Shown here: piece by piece, positions 20,227 to 29,176 of the stretch
How positions within the stretch are numbered: position 1 is the first letter of the stretch
Layout: each line of letters opens with the position of its first letter
Assembly (NCBI GenBank): GCA_020429915.1
Contig: JAGQKV010000031.1
Location: 2,656-66,655, forward strand
Length of the DNA stretch: 64,000 bases
Direction: 5' to 3'
DNA from: Candidatus Omnitrophota bacterium
GTDB lineage: Bacteria > Omnitrophota > Gorgyraeia > Zapsychrales > Zapsychraceae
Notes under the pieces: model-generated
What the model was told of the DNA's origin: nothing
The model's database searches: none
What the model saw: only the letters and a program-made list of their open reading frames with translations
Position numbers and translations under genes: made by a program

Positions 20227-20947
20227 ATCATTACTGATTCTGCTTATCATCGCAGCGGCCGGAGGAATCGGGCTATTGTGTTATGTCGAGGGCGGGGAAT
20301 TGATCCGGACTTCACGCCGCTTCACGGTGAAGAAAATCGTTATCGATCCCACCCTGCGATTCATTCAGCATCGCGACCTGCAGGTGATTCAGGGGCAGAG
20401 CATATTCGACGTGGATTTGCAGGATATGGAAAGCCGTTTGATGCTGAAGTATCCGGAAATCTCCGAACTGCGGGTGGAGCGGAAATTTCCGGATGAAATT
20501 CATCTGGTGGCCAAGAAGCGGATGCAGCTGGCCCAGGTGCCGTTCCGGCAGAGTTTTCTGGTAGTGGATGACGAAGGGGTGGTGCTGGCCAAAAAGGAAA
20601 AACGCGACAAGGAGTTGCCCGCCATTGAAGGATTTAAGATTCCGCGGGGGCCGGTGGAACTCGGGTCCCGGATCCGTCACCAGCGGCTGCGCACGGCGCT
20701 CGAAATCATCACCTCCTTTAACGAAAACGCGGCGCTGTCTTCCTACCGAATCGATAACCTCGATATCGACCAGTCGTCCAAAATCATGGTCTATCTCGAC
20801 CGGGATATCAAGGCCATCCTCGACGATCAGCGCGTCGATCGCAAAATTAATGTCCTGGGTTTTGTTTTGACCCAGGGCAACCTCGATCTGCGGGAAGTCA
20901 ATTACATCGACCTCAGATTCAAAGACCCTATTATCGGAAAGAAGTAA
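20177..20947 (+). CDS. ftsQ: cell division protein FtsQ (POTRA domain)
   Basis: There is an N-terminal TM (LLPLIIKSLLILLIIAAAGGIGLL) and then a POTRA/FtsQ fold. It lies between ddl and ftsA. The start is uncertain because it overlaps ddl by about 50 nt. Confidence 0.7.
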   Translation: MLMPRKKKKNLLPLIIKSLLILLIIAAAGGIGLLCYVEGGELIRTSRRFTVKKIVIDPTLRFIQHRDLQVIQGQSIFDVDLQDMESRLMLKYPEISELRVERKFPDEIHLVAKKRMQLAQVPFRQSFLVVDDEGVVLAKKEKRDKELPAIEGFKIPRGPVELGSRIRHQRLRTALEIITSFNENAALSSYRIDNLDIDQSSKIMVYLDRDIKAILDDQRVDRKINVLGFVLTQGNLDLREVNYIDLRFKDPIIGKK

Positions 20948-22182
20948 TGCTGAACCGAGTCCTGAAAGACAAACTCTATTGCGGACTGGATATCGGGGCC
21001 AACAAGCTGAAGGTCGGCCTCGTGCAGTTAAAGGACGGAGAGCCGGAAATCCTCGGAGCGTATGAACACCCGGTCCATGGATTCAAAGATTCCTGTGTCC
21101 ACGATCTCAATGAGTTTTCCGAATGCATTCACCAGGTGATGACCGAGCTGGCCGCCAAGACGGGCGTCCATGTGAAGGACATTGAGGTCGGTCTCGATGG
21201 CAATCTGGTCAAGATTCGCAAGACCTCGGCCGCGATTCCGCTGGTGGACCGGGGGAACAAGGTGATTGCCGCAGGCGATGTGCGCAAGTTAAACAAGCAG
21301 GCGCGTCTGCTGGGCGTCAAGATGGAAGAAGAGGTCCTGCACGAGATGCCGCAGACCTATCTCATTGACGACATCAATGCGGCGGCCAATCCGGTGGGGT
21401 TGTACGGTCGCAAGCTGGCGGTGCAATCCCTGATGGTGGTGTCAGACGTCGACAAGGCCAAGAATATCATCAAATCCATCAACCATGCCGGTTATGAAGT
21501 CCGGCATATCTTCTTCGGCAGCTATGCCTGCTCGCATTTGCTGCTCACTCCCGACCAGCGGCGTAACGGATGCGTCCTCATTGACATAGGGGCCACCGTG
21601 ACCAGCATCCTCGTTTTTCATGAAGGGATCATCAAGTATGTGCACGCCATTCCGATCGGGGGGCAGCAACTCACCAAAGATATCGCGTTGCGCCTTAAAC
21701 TCAATTTCGAATTGGCCGAGGAAATCAAACGTTCCTATGCCACCGCTGTCTCCTCCCAGATCCAGGAAGAGGAGGTGTTGGTCAAGCGGGACAATGCGTA
21801 TATACCGATCAAGCACGGAGAAATATATCAGGCGATCTCGGACCGGCTTGACAGTTTGATCGGACAGATCGATGATTCCATCAGGGCGTCCAACCTGTAC
21901 GAGTATGTGGGTTCGGGGATCAGGATTACGGGCGGGGGAGCCTTATTGCCGGGACTGATCGAGCGGATTGAAGAGAAGACCAGGCTGGAAGTGTCACTCG
22001 CCCAGATTCAGCAGTTGACGCCGCGCAATGTTTCCAACGCGGCCGTATTTGCCACGGCGGTAAGTTGCGCGCACCGCGGCTGGCAGTTCCAGGACCAGGG
22101 ACAGATGACAGCGCAACAACATGTGGATTGGGGGCGTCGCCTGATCAACAAGGTGAAAGAGTTGTATTTTGAGTATTTCTAG
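20947..22182 (+). CDS. ftsA: cell division protein FtsA
   Basis: It has the actin-like ATPase fold (LDIGANKLKVGLV...). It is the last gene of the cluster, and no ftsZ follows. Confidence 0.9.
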   Translation: MLNRVLKDKLYCGLDIGANKLKVGLVQLKDGEPEILGAYEHPVHGFKDSCVHDLNEFSECIHQVMTELAAKTGVHVKDIEVGLDGNLVKIRKTSAAIPLVDRGNKVIAAGDVRKLNKQARLLGVKMEEEVLHEMPQTYLIDDINAAANPVGLYGRKLAVQSLMVVSDVDKAKNIIKSINHAGYEVRHIFFGSYACSHLLLTPDQRRNGCVLIDIGATVTSILVFHEGIIKYVHAIPIGGQQLTKDIALRLKLNFELAEEIKRSYATAVSSQIQEEEVLVKRDNAYIPIKHGEIYQAISDRLDSLIGQIDDSIRASNLYEYVGSGIRITGGGALLPGLIERIEEKTRLEVSLAQIQQLTPRNVSNAAVFATAVSCAHRGWQFQDQGQMTAQQHVDWGRRLINKVKELYFEYF

Positions 22183-22535
22183 TCTTTGCGGTATTGGGTG
22201 CTGCGCAGGCGGTTGATATTGTAGCTGACGTCTTTGATCAGGTTGGCCAGCCGCTGCAAGGCATTGAGGATATAGAGCATCCAGAAGGAATTAAGCAAGA
22301 GCAGCACGACCAGGATGCTGGAATTGACGTTCTGTGTGGTGAGGATGGCCTCCACAAAGGTCTTATCGGTTTGATGGAGGTTGATGTCGATGACGTTCAG
22401 CAGATTGCGGAACCAGAAGGCAAAGATGACCAGCAGCACCACCTGAAAGAAAGTGAAGTAGAAATGCCTCATCAGCCAGCGGGCGGCGAGGTGATCCCAG
22501 TATTTCAGCTTTTGCAGCAGGTCCTTAAATGGCAT
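22179..22535 (-). CDS. hypothetical small membrane protein, convergent to ftsA
   Basis: The 118-aa product has 2-3 hydrophobic helices (FYFTFFQVVLLVIFAFWF; ILVVLLLLNSFWMLYIL). It overlaps the ftsA stop by 4 nt on the opposite strand. I recognise no homology. Confidence 0.4.
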   Translation of the reverse strand: MPFKDLLQKLKYWDHLAARWLMRHFYFTFFQVVLLVIFAFWFRNLLNVIDINLHQTDKTFVEAILTTQNVNSSILVVLLLLNSFWMLYILNALQRLANLIKDVSYNINRLRSTQYRKD

Positions 22536-22648
22536 CGATTTATCCTTTTAAGGTATTGTAATGACATGCCTAATGAAAGCAATCATTTTTTTTGCTGGTT
22601 TCCCTGTCTTAATTTCTGTACAATGATCAATCGTTGCAAGGAGTATGA

Positions 22649-23017
22649 ATGGCGCACAAAATATTGGTAATCGATGACGAGCGGGTCAGTCTTTCCCTGG
22701 TAAAATTCGGGCTGGCCGCCAATCACTATGACGTCAGTACCGCGATGGACGGCGATGTCGGACTGGAAATGGTCAGGTCGGAAAATCCCGACCTTATCGT
22801 GCTGGACATCGGTATGCCGAAATTAAACGGTTACGAATTCATGCAGGAACTGAAAAATTTGGAAGGGCATGAGCACACGCCTGTTATCATTTTGACCGCC
22901 AACGAAACGATGGAAGATGTATTCAAACTTGAAGGCAGTCTGGAGTATTTTGTCAAGCCGGTCGACATCGCCAAGTTGGTGGCCCGGATCAAGGATTGCC
23001 TCGGCACCCCGGAGTAG
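22649..23017 (+). CDS. single-domain response regulator (CheY-like receiver)
   Basis: The sequence KILVIDDERVS...DLIVLDIGMPKLNGYEF....ILTA...KP has the phospho-acceptor Asp and K105-equivalent. An AAGGAG RBS is present. Confidence 0.8.
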   Translation: MAHKILVIDDERVSLSLVKFGLAANHYDVSTAMDGDVGLEMVRSENPDLIVLDIGMPKLNGYEFMQELKNLEGHEHTPVIILTANETMEDVFKLEGSLEYFVKPVDIAKLVARIKDCLGTPE

Positions 23018-23026
23018 GAGCCGCGC

Positions 23027-23305
23027 ATGACGTTTTTGTATACTTTCTTGGTGATCCTGACCTCCTGGCTGGTGCTCAGCCATACACGTTGGATATGGCT
23101 TATCAATCAGGCCCGCAAAAAGGGGATCTACCCGGAGAAAGGCAAGGCCACCATGTTCGACGTCCGCAGTTTGATCATCGAAGGGGAGTATGATCTGGCG
23201 ATCGAACTGTACCGCCGTCTGTTCAAGACATCCCGCCGCAATGCCCGCAAGGCTGTCGAAGACTTGGCCGACAGCATCAGCCAGAAAAATATCGAATACG
23301 AGTGA
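23027..23305 (+). CDS. hypothetical small protein (N-terminal TM)
   Basis: The 92-aa product sits directly after the response regulator and has one hydrophobic helix. Confidence 0.3.
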   Translation: MTFLYTFLVILTSWLVLSHTRWIWLINQARKKGIYPEKGKATMFDVRSLIIEGEYDLAIELYRRLFKTSRRNARKAVEDLADSISQKNIEYE

Positions 23306-23360
23306 ACCCGGCCTTCGAGGAAATTTTTTAGTTCTCGATCTAGCCGTCCGTCCGAACATC

Positions 23361-23654
23361 ATGGCTAAATGCCCGAACTGTCACAGTCATCTTTCGATCA
23401 AGCAGGTCCTGACCGGACCGTTGCGGTGTCAGGAGTGCGGCAAATTATTGAAGTTTCCCCGCCACGAGTATCGAAACGTAACCCGCCCGGGATTTTACAT
23501 CGCGGTGTTTATCCTCGCCAATTCCGTGACGGTGGCGGATGCCCGCATGCGGTTTGCCATTAACGGAGTTCTCCTCGTGTTGTGGTTTATCTTCTTTAAG
23601 CGGTTCATCCGCTACATTCATGAAACCATGCTCGAGTTATCGGAGGATCAATGA
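23361..23654 (+). CDS. zinc-ribbon membrane protein (CPNC...CQEC plus 2 TM)
   Basis: The product MAKCPNCHSHLSIKQVLTGPLRCQECGKLL has a Cys4 ribbon and then two hydrophobic helices. I placed the start at the internal ATG 23361. Confidence 0.4.
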   Translation: MAKCPNCHSHLSIKQVLTGPLRCQECGKLLKFPRHEYRNVTRPGFYIAVFILANSVTVADARMRFAINGVLLVLWFIFFKRFIRYIHETMLELSEDQ

Positions 23655-24793
23655 ATTCCTACGCCCGCGATTTTCATGATTTTGAGGACGTCATCTGGCT
23701 GAACGCCGCCAGCGAAGGCCCGTTGCCCAACGCGGCGAAAGAAGCCTTGGCAGAGGCCGTGGCCTGGAAAAGGGCCGTGCATCAATTGGATATTCCGAAG
23801 TTTATCCGGGTCCCGCGGGAGCTGCGGCAAAGTATCGGCAGTCTGATGAATGTGGACCCGGCTGACGTGATCTTGGGCAACAGTGCCAGTTACGGACTGC
23901 ACTTGCTGGCGGACGGATTGCCGTGGCAAAGCGGGGATGATGTCTTGTTGATGGAGAATGATTTTCCGACCGACATCCTGCCGTGGCTGGCGTTGGAAGA
24001 TCGGGGGGTTATGGTGCGTCAGGTGAAGCCTGCCGGTTGGGTGCTGACTGCCGATGAGATTGCGCAGAACATTGCGCCGCGCACGCGGGTCGTCTGCCTG
24101 TCCCATGTTCATACCTTCAGCGGTCATATGATCGATGCGCAGGCGGTAGCGGCGGTGTGCCGCCGACACGGGATCATATTTGTCTTGAATGTGGTGCAGT
24201 CGCTGGGAAACCGTCCGGTCGATGTCGCGGCGCTCGGCGCCGACGCGGTTGTGGCTGTCGGATACAAATGGTTGTGCGGGCCGTACGGGACAGGCTTTTG
24301 CTGGATAAGGCCCGAAGTGCGCCGTCGGCTCAGATTGAACAGAGCTTACTGGAGCGGATACCTGACGGCCGAGGAACTGGAGGTCGAGGGGCCGTTGACC
24401 CGCAAGCGCATCGACAACGCCCGGGGTCTGGACATCTTCGGCACCGCGAACTTTTTTAATTTTGTTCCCCTGCAGGCGGCCCTCCAGTATTGGCTTGCAA
24501 TTACCCCGAATGCTGTTCAGGAACACAACAGCGGGCTGGTGAACGCGCTGGTCGATGGTCTGGATCCAGCCAAGTACCGTCTCATTTCGCCTGTTGAGCC
24601 GGACCAAAGGACCAACCTGGTCGTGCTGTCGCTCGCGGACGCATCAGGAAATGCCGGACTTCACAAGGCATTGCAGGCAGAAAAGATTTACACCGCCTTG
24701 TGGAAAGGGCGGATCCGCCTCACTCCGCATGTTTATAACGACAAGGCCCAAATTTCCCGGGTTTTGACCTTCCTCAATGAGTACCCTCTTTAA
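23651..24793 (+). CDS. class V aminotransferase-fold PLP-dependent enzyme
   Basis: It shows AAT_V fold features (WLNAASEGPLPNAAKEAL...; a mid-protein Lys region). I could not see an NifS/SufS catalytic Cys loop. Confidence 0.7.
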   Translation: MNSYARDFHDFEDVIWLNAASEGPLPNAAKEALAEAVAWKRAVHQLDIPKFIRVPRELRQSIGSLMNVDPADVILGNSASYGLHLLADGLPWQSGDDVLLMENDFPTDILPWLALEDRGVMVRQVKPAGWVLTADEIAQNIAPRTRVVCLSHVHTFSGHMIDAQAVAAVCRRHGIIFVLNVVQSLGNRPVDVAALGADAVVAVGYKWLCGPYGTGFCWIRPEVRRRLRLNRAYWSGYLTAEELEVEGPLTRKRIDNARGLDIFGTANFFNFVPLQAALQYWLAITPNAVQEHNSGLVNALVDGLDPAKYRLISPVEPDQRTNLVVLSLADASGNAGLHKALQAEKIYTALWKGRIRLTPHVYNDKAQISRVLTFLNEYPL

Positions 24794-25098
24794 CGCTAGT
24801 TAGCCCAAACGGCGCATTTAAATGTCAAGAAATGTTATATAATGATACAGATGATTCATGTAGAATAATTTAGAACTATTCAAGTCATTGTGAGTCATCC
24901 GGAAATATGTCATACTTTCAGTATGATACCTGATCCGGCCGTTCAATTCTTGTCTCATTCCGCAGTGCATAGTGCGGGTGCGCGGGTGCGGCCGTCGAAT
25001 CTTCAAACGGGTCAGGTATCCGCATCGGGGGCGAAGGCAGGTCATTTTTCTGAGCCGGTTCCTTCCTGCTGTGCAAGAAGGAGTTCGGCGGGAAGGAG

Positions 25099-25383
25099 GT
25101 GAGGAGGATGAAAAAGGCAGTGACGCTGATGCTGGCGCTGGCCATGATGTTTATCACGGCAGGCCCGGCCATGGCCATGTACGGACCGGTTGAAAAACTG
25201 ACGTCCGGTGTGGTCAAGATCGTCAAATCACCCCTGATCATTTTCAGCCATACGAAGTCCGAGATGGACGACCATCTATCGACCCCGGTAGGATTCACCA
25301 AGGGGTTGGTGGAATCTCCCTTTTATATGCTGAAAGATATCGGTGGCGGTTTGGTAGACATTCTGACATTCCCGCTCGATTAA
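25099..25383 (+). CDS. small secreted protein (94 aa, signal peptide)
   Basis: The sequence MRRMKKAVTLMLALAMMFITAGPAMA-MY... has a signal peptide. An AT-rich promoter-like region lies upstream and an intrinsic terminator downstream. Confidence 0.45.
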   Translation: MRRMKKAVTLMLALAMMFITAGPAMAMYGPVEKLTSGVVKIVKSPLIIFSHTKSEMDDHLSTPVGFTKGLVESPFYMLKDIGGGLVDILTFPLD

Positions 25384-25402
25384 TCTTTCGGGACGCTCCT
25401 CA

Positions 25403-25432
25403 GGGCCGGTCACATGACCGGCCCTTTTTTTT
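25403..25432 (+). terminator. rho-independent terminator
   Basis: The stem GGGCCGGTCA..TGACCGGCCC is followed by TTTTTTTT. Confidence 0.65.
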
Positions 25433-25475
25433 GCCTGTCTTGACAAAAAGAGGCATTGTATTAGAATTTGGGATA

Positions 25476-26774
25476 ATGGAGTGGCAAAATTTCATCAGTC
25501 TGGGGGGTATGGTAGCCCTGATCTTCTTGGCGTACGCCTGTTCCCAAGACCGCCGCCACGTTAATTGGCATATCGTCGTTTGGTGTATCGGTTTCCAGTT
25601 GCTGATCGCCTGGTTCCTGTTCGTTGTCCCCTCAGGTGTCAGGCTTTTTCACCTGCTGAATGAAGGGGTGATTCTCCTGATCGAATCATCCAACGCAGGG
25701 GCGCGATTCCTGTTCGGGGCCTTGGCGGTTCCGCCAGGCGGCAGCGGTCCGGCCGGGGAAGAGTCCCTGGGATTTATCTTCGCGTTTCAAGTATTCCCGT
25801 CGATTGTTTTCTTCTCCAGTCTGATGTCCATACTCTATTTCTGGCGCGTCTTACCGTTCCTGATTAAACTGTTTTCGCGTTTGTTTACCAAATTGATGAA
25901 CGTCTCCGGAGCCGAGGCGTTGTGTGCAGCCAGTAACATTTTTGTCGGCATCGAATCGGTGACCACGGTTCGTCCCTATCTGCGGGAGATGACGCGCTCG
26001 GAGTTATGTGTCGTGCTGACGGCGGGTATGGCCACGGTCGCGTCGAACGTCCTGGCGGTGTATGTGCTGAGCCTGCGTGAAGTTTTTCCCAACATTGCCG
26101 GACACCTGATATCCGCCTCATTGCTCTCAGCGCCGGCCGCGGTGATGATGGCCAAATTGCTGTATCCCGAAGACGGGCAGCCGGTGACGCGCGGTATTGA
26201 CGTCGATCCGCACTACGATAAGGACGGCAGTTTTTTTGAGGCGGTAATCAACGGCGCGCAGGCCGGCGTTAAGTTGATCGTGGGGATCTGCGCGCTGCTG
26301 ATCGCTATCCTCGGCCTGGTCGCGTTGACCGATCAGCTGCTGGGGGTCGTGGGCCGGCAATTGTTGCCCGGCAGCTCATGGAGTCTCGCCGGGATCTGCG
26401 GAGTCGTTTTTTACCCGTTTACGGTCCTGATGGGCATCCCGCTTGACGACGCCGGCGTGTTGTCCAAGGTCATTGGGGCGCGGCTGATCGTAACCGAGTT
26501 GACAGCTTATCAGAATTTGGCTAGTGTAATCAAAGCAGGTTCCGTGGTTCACGAGCGTTCGGTCGTGATCACCACATACGCTTTGTGCGGATTTGCACAC
26601 GTGGCGTCTTTAGCGATTTTTATCGGCGGTGTTTCGGCGCTTGTCCCTGAGAAGACCCGGGATTTGTCCGCCGTTGCGGCCCGCTCGTTGCTTGCCGCGA
26701 CCCTGGCTTGCCTGATGACCGGATGTGTTGCCGGCCTGTTTTTCGTCGGCCGCGGTTCCGTGTTGTTCGGTTAG
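25476..26774 (+). CDS. concentrative nucleoside transporter (NupC/CNT family)
   Basis: It is polytopic, with the CNT N-terminal, gate and C-terminal domains (….VLTAGMATVASNVLAVYV...; ...GFAHVASLAIFIGG). The start is ambiguous (25431, 25476 or 25509). Confidence 0.72.
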   Translation: MEWQNFISLGGMVALIFLAYACSQDRRHVNWHIVVWCIGFQLLIAWFLFVVPSGVRLFHLLNEGVILLIESSNAGARFLFGALAVPPGGSGPAGEESLGFIFAFQVFPSIVFFSSLMSILYFWRVLPFLIKLFSRLFTKLMNVSGAEALCAASNIFVGIESVTTVRPYLREMTRSELCVVLTAGMATVASNVLAVYVLSLREVFPNIAGHLISASLLSAPAAVMMAKLLYPEDGQPVTRGIDVDPHYDKDGSFFEAVINGAQAGVKLIVGICALLIAILGLVALTDQLLGVVGRQLLPGSSWSLAGICGVVFYPFTVLMGIPLDDAGVLSKVIGARLIVTELTAYQNLASVIKAGSVVHERSVVITTYALCGFAHVASLAIFIGGVSALVPEKTRDLSAVAARSLLAATLACLMTGCVAGLFFVGRGSVLFG

Positions 26775-26847
26775 GAAGGTATCCCGCGGTTATTCCGTCG
26801 GGTGAATTTATAAGCAATCTTAATCAGAAAAAAGGAAAGACAGCATT

Positions 26848-27465
26848 ATGATGGAACGTGTAGCGGCGATCCTGGACTACTGGTTCGAAGGGATCACCGA
26901 AGAGACTCGATTAAGCGAGGATGTAGCGGTCAGGGAGCGTTGGTTCGCCAACAACGAGGCCGTGGACCAGGAAATCAAAACCAAATTCGGATCGGACTTG
27001 ACCAAGGCGCGAAAAGGTAAATATTCGTCATGGATGGATACCTCCGTGGGATCTTTGGCACTGATCATCCTCCTTGATCAGTTTTCCCGCAATATCTTTC
27101 GCAATTCCGCGAAAGCCTTTCACACCGATCTGCAGGCGCTGGAATATTCCCTGCTGGCCGTCAAAAACGGTTTCGATGAGGAGCTCAGTCTGATCCAGCG
27201 GCAGTTTCTGTACATGCCTATGATGCATTCGGAAAATCTGCTCATCCAGAAGAAATCATTGGACTATTACAAAGGGCTGGCCGAAGCGGCCGAGACTCTG
27301 GAGCCGCATAATGTGGACTATTTTCTCACGGTGTACGATTTCGCCAAGCGTCATCACGATATTATTGAGAGATTTGAACGCTTTCCCCACCGTAATGAAG
27401 TGTTGAACCGTCGTTCGACTTCGACGGAATTGGAATTCCTAAAGTCTCCTGCGGCATCGTTTTAG
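26848..27465 (+). CDS. DUF924 family protein
   Basis: The motifs ILLDQFSRNIFRNSAKAF and ERFERFPHRNEVLNRRST match the characteristic DUF924 motifs. Confidence 0.7.
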   Translation: MMERVAAILDYWFEGITEETRLSEDVAVRERWFANNEAVDQEIKTKFGSDLTKARKGKYSSWMDTSVGSLALIILLDQFSRNIFRNSAKAFHTDLQALEYSLLAVKNGFDEELSLIQRQFLYMPMMHSENLLIQKKSLDYYKGLAEAAETLEPHNVDYFLTVYDFAKRHHDIIERFERFPHRNEVLNRRSTSTELEFLKSPAASF

Positions 27466-27591
27466 AACGTCATTTCCGGTGTGTTCTGCATTCCCGGTGA
27501 ATTGTAAGGGAAAGGTTGAGGAAAATCGGAAAATGAGGTAAAATTAGGTCTAAATTTTTAGACCGGAAATACTTACAGATCGGGGAAGAAG

Positions 27592-29169
27592 ATGGGGGAT
27601 AAAACATTTTTAATCTTGCTGATCGTGTTCGTCGTCATCGGCGTCTTCACCTATGATCAGTACATCACGGAAAAAACCGGGGAAAGCCCGATATCGAAGG
27701 TTCTGGACTATGGGGGTCTCGCCCAGGAAGGCAGTGTCGATACCCCGGGCCGCACATCGGTATCCAAATATGCCACCTTTCAGGAAAGCGCTGAATACAA
27801 TCTCGCCCGGCTTTCCAAAAAACTGCAGGAAATTCAGGAGCAACGTGACAAGCTGGTGCATAACCGCAACGTACTTCTGACCCAACTCATCGAATTAAAG
27901 GATAAGACACTTCAGGAAGCCGAACTCTACGCAGAGGAAATCCGTCAGGAACGGGAAGAGTTCATGGCCTACAACCGGGACCTGCAAGAGCTCGGGCAGT
28001 TGATGATGGAAACCTATAACATCAACAACCTCCGTTTACGTCAGCAGAATATGGATAAGATCAAGGCGAAGATTGCTGCCCTTAACGGAGGCCGGGATTG
28101 GGGCGTCTCCACAGCGGACATCAATGAGTTGCTCGACTACGTCAATTCGACCGTAATCCAAAAAAATCTTGTCTCGCTGAGCGGTTGTGAGACCACCGAG
28201 CAGTGTCTCGAGGCCAATGTGCAGCGGGCCAAACTCTTCCTGAACGAAGTGCTTATCGATTTCCAGCAGGAAATCGAGCCGCGCTTTGTCAACGCCGTCA
28301 AGATTAAGCAGAAGGCCCGGCGCGCGTATAACAACCAGATGATCAACAGTGACACGGATGAAACTTATGTGGTCGAACAGGATGAATACCGCAAGGGACA
28401 GTACCGGGAGCTGGTACAGAAGATGATCAAGATTACCGCCCGGGACCTCAACGATTTGATTCAACTTTACTCGGAGCTGGAGATTGAGCAAAAACGCGTG
28501 CTCAACAGCCTCAAGCTCAGCAGCGAACGGCTTGTCGAACAGCACAAAAAAGAGCGGCAGCAGATGGAAGCTCTGATCGAAAGGATCGACAAGCAAAAGC
28601 TGGCCGACTTTGATTCTTTCTTCCGTATTGTGGAGAAAAACAAGGCCCTGGAAGATCAGTACATCCAGGAGATTCTTGAATTGGACAAGCAGCTGCTGCA
28701 GGTGACCCGTCACCGGCTCTTTGAGAGCAAGCTGTTCCTTAAGAATATCGGTGCGTTGATTGAGGTCAACATCAAACGATTGGTGGAAGACCGCAATTAT
28801 GCCGCCCAGCTGAATCAAAATTATCTGGGTTACCGGCAACGGCTCGAGGAACGCCGCAGGACCGTCGGTATCAAGGACATTTACGAGGGCCAGCAGCCGG
28901 ACACATTTGAAAATTATCTGAAAGTGACGCAAAAGTCCCAAGCCAAGAGCAAGACCGAGACATCCCAGTCAACGACGACCCAGACCATTCGTCAACCGCA
29001 GGATATTCGCCAACCGCAGGCCATCAACCCGACGGACAACCAGCCGAGGAATATCGGAACGGAGCAAAAAGTGATCCGCCCGGACCTGGAGCGGCAGAAA
29101 ATCCTTCAGGAAAATACCCTGAAAGATTTCGACCGCGCCCGGGATAAGGCCCGCGACAGCGGATTCTGA
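27592..29169 (+). CDS. membrane-anchored long coiled-coil protein
   Basis: There is an N-terminal TM (FLILLIVFVVIGVF) and about 450 aa of Q/E/K/L-rich heptad-like sequence. The C-terminus has QPQDIRQPQ repeats. It is the first gene of a tightly spaced five-gene block. Confidence 0.5.
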   Translation: MGDKTFLILLIVFVVIGVFTYDQYITEKTGESPISKVLDYGGLAQEGSVDTPGRTSVSKYATFQESAEYNLARLSKKLQEIQEQRDKLVHNRNVLLTQLIELKDKTLQEAELYAEEIRQEREEFMAYNRDLQELGQLMMETYNINNLRLRQQNMDKIKAKIAALNGGRDWGVSTADINELLDYVNSTVIQKNLVSLSGCETTEQCLEANVQRAKLFLNEVLIDFQQEIEPRFVNAVKIKQKARRAYNNQMINSDTDETYVVEQDEYRKGQYRELVQKMIKITARDLNDLIQLYSELEIEQKRVLNSLKLSSERLVEQHKKERQQMEALIERIDKQKLADFDSFFRIVEKNKALEDQYIQEILELDKQLLQVTRHRLFESKLFLKNIGALIEVNIKRLVEDRNYAAQLNQNYLGYRQRLEERRRTVGIKDIYEGQQPDTFENYLKVTQKSQAKSKTETSQSTTTQTIRQPQDIRQPQAINPTDNQPRNIGTEQKVIRPDLERQKILQENTLKDFDRARDKARDSGF

Positions 29170-29176
29170 CGCCTTC

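Noticed and set aside
20947-22650. Search for ftsZ immediately after ftsA
   Set aside because: No frame in this interval or elsewhere in the window encodes a tubulin-like GGGTG(S/T)G protein. ftsZ is absent from the window. Whether it is absent from the genome is unknown.
22194-22670. + strand ORF (158 aa) between ftsA and the response regulator
   Set aside because: It is a D/E/Q-rich low-complexity translation, antisense to a minus-strand ORF with clear TM helices, and has no RBS. It is likely a shadow ORF.
25440-25475. TTGACA-16-TAGAAT promoter-like match just upstream of the NupC gene
   Set aside because: The -10 would lie only ~9 nt from the chosen ATG, implying a leaderless transcript or a different start. 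It is too ambiguous to annotate.
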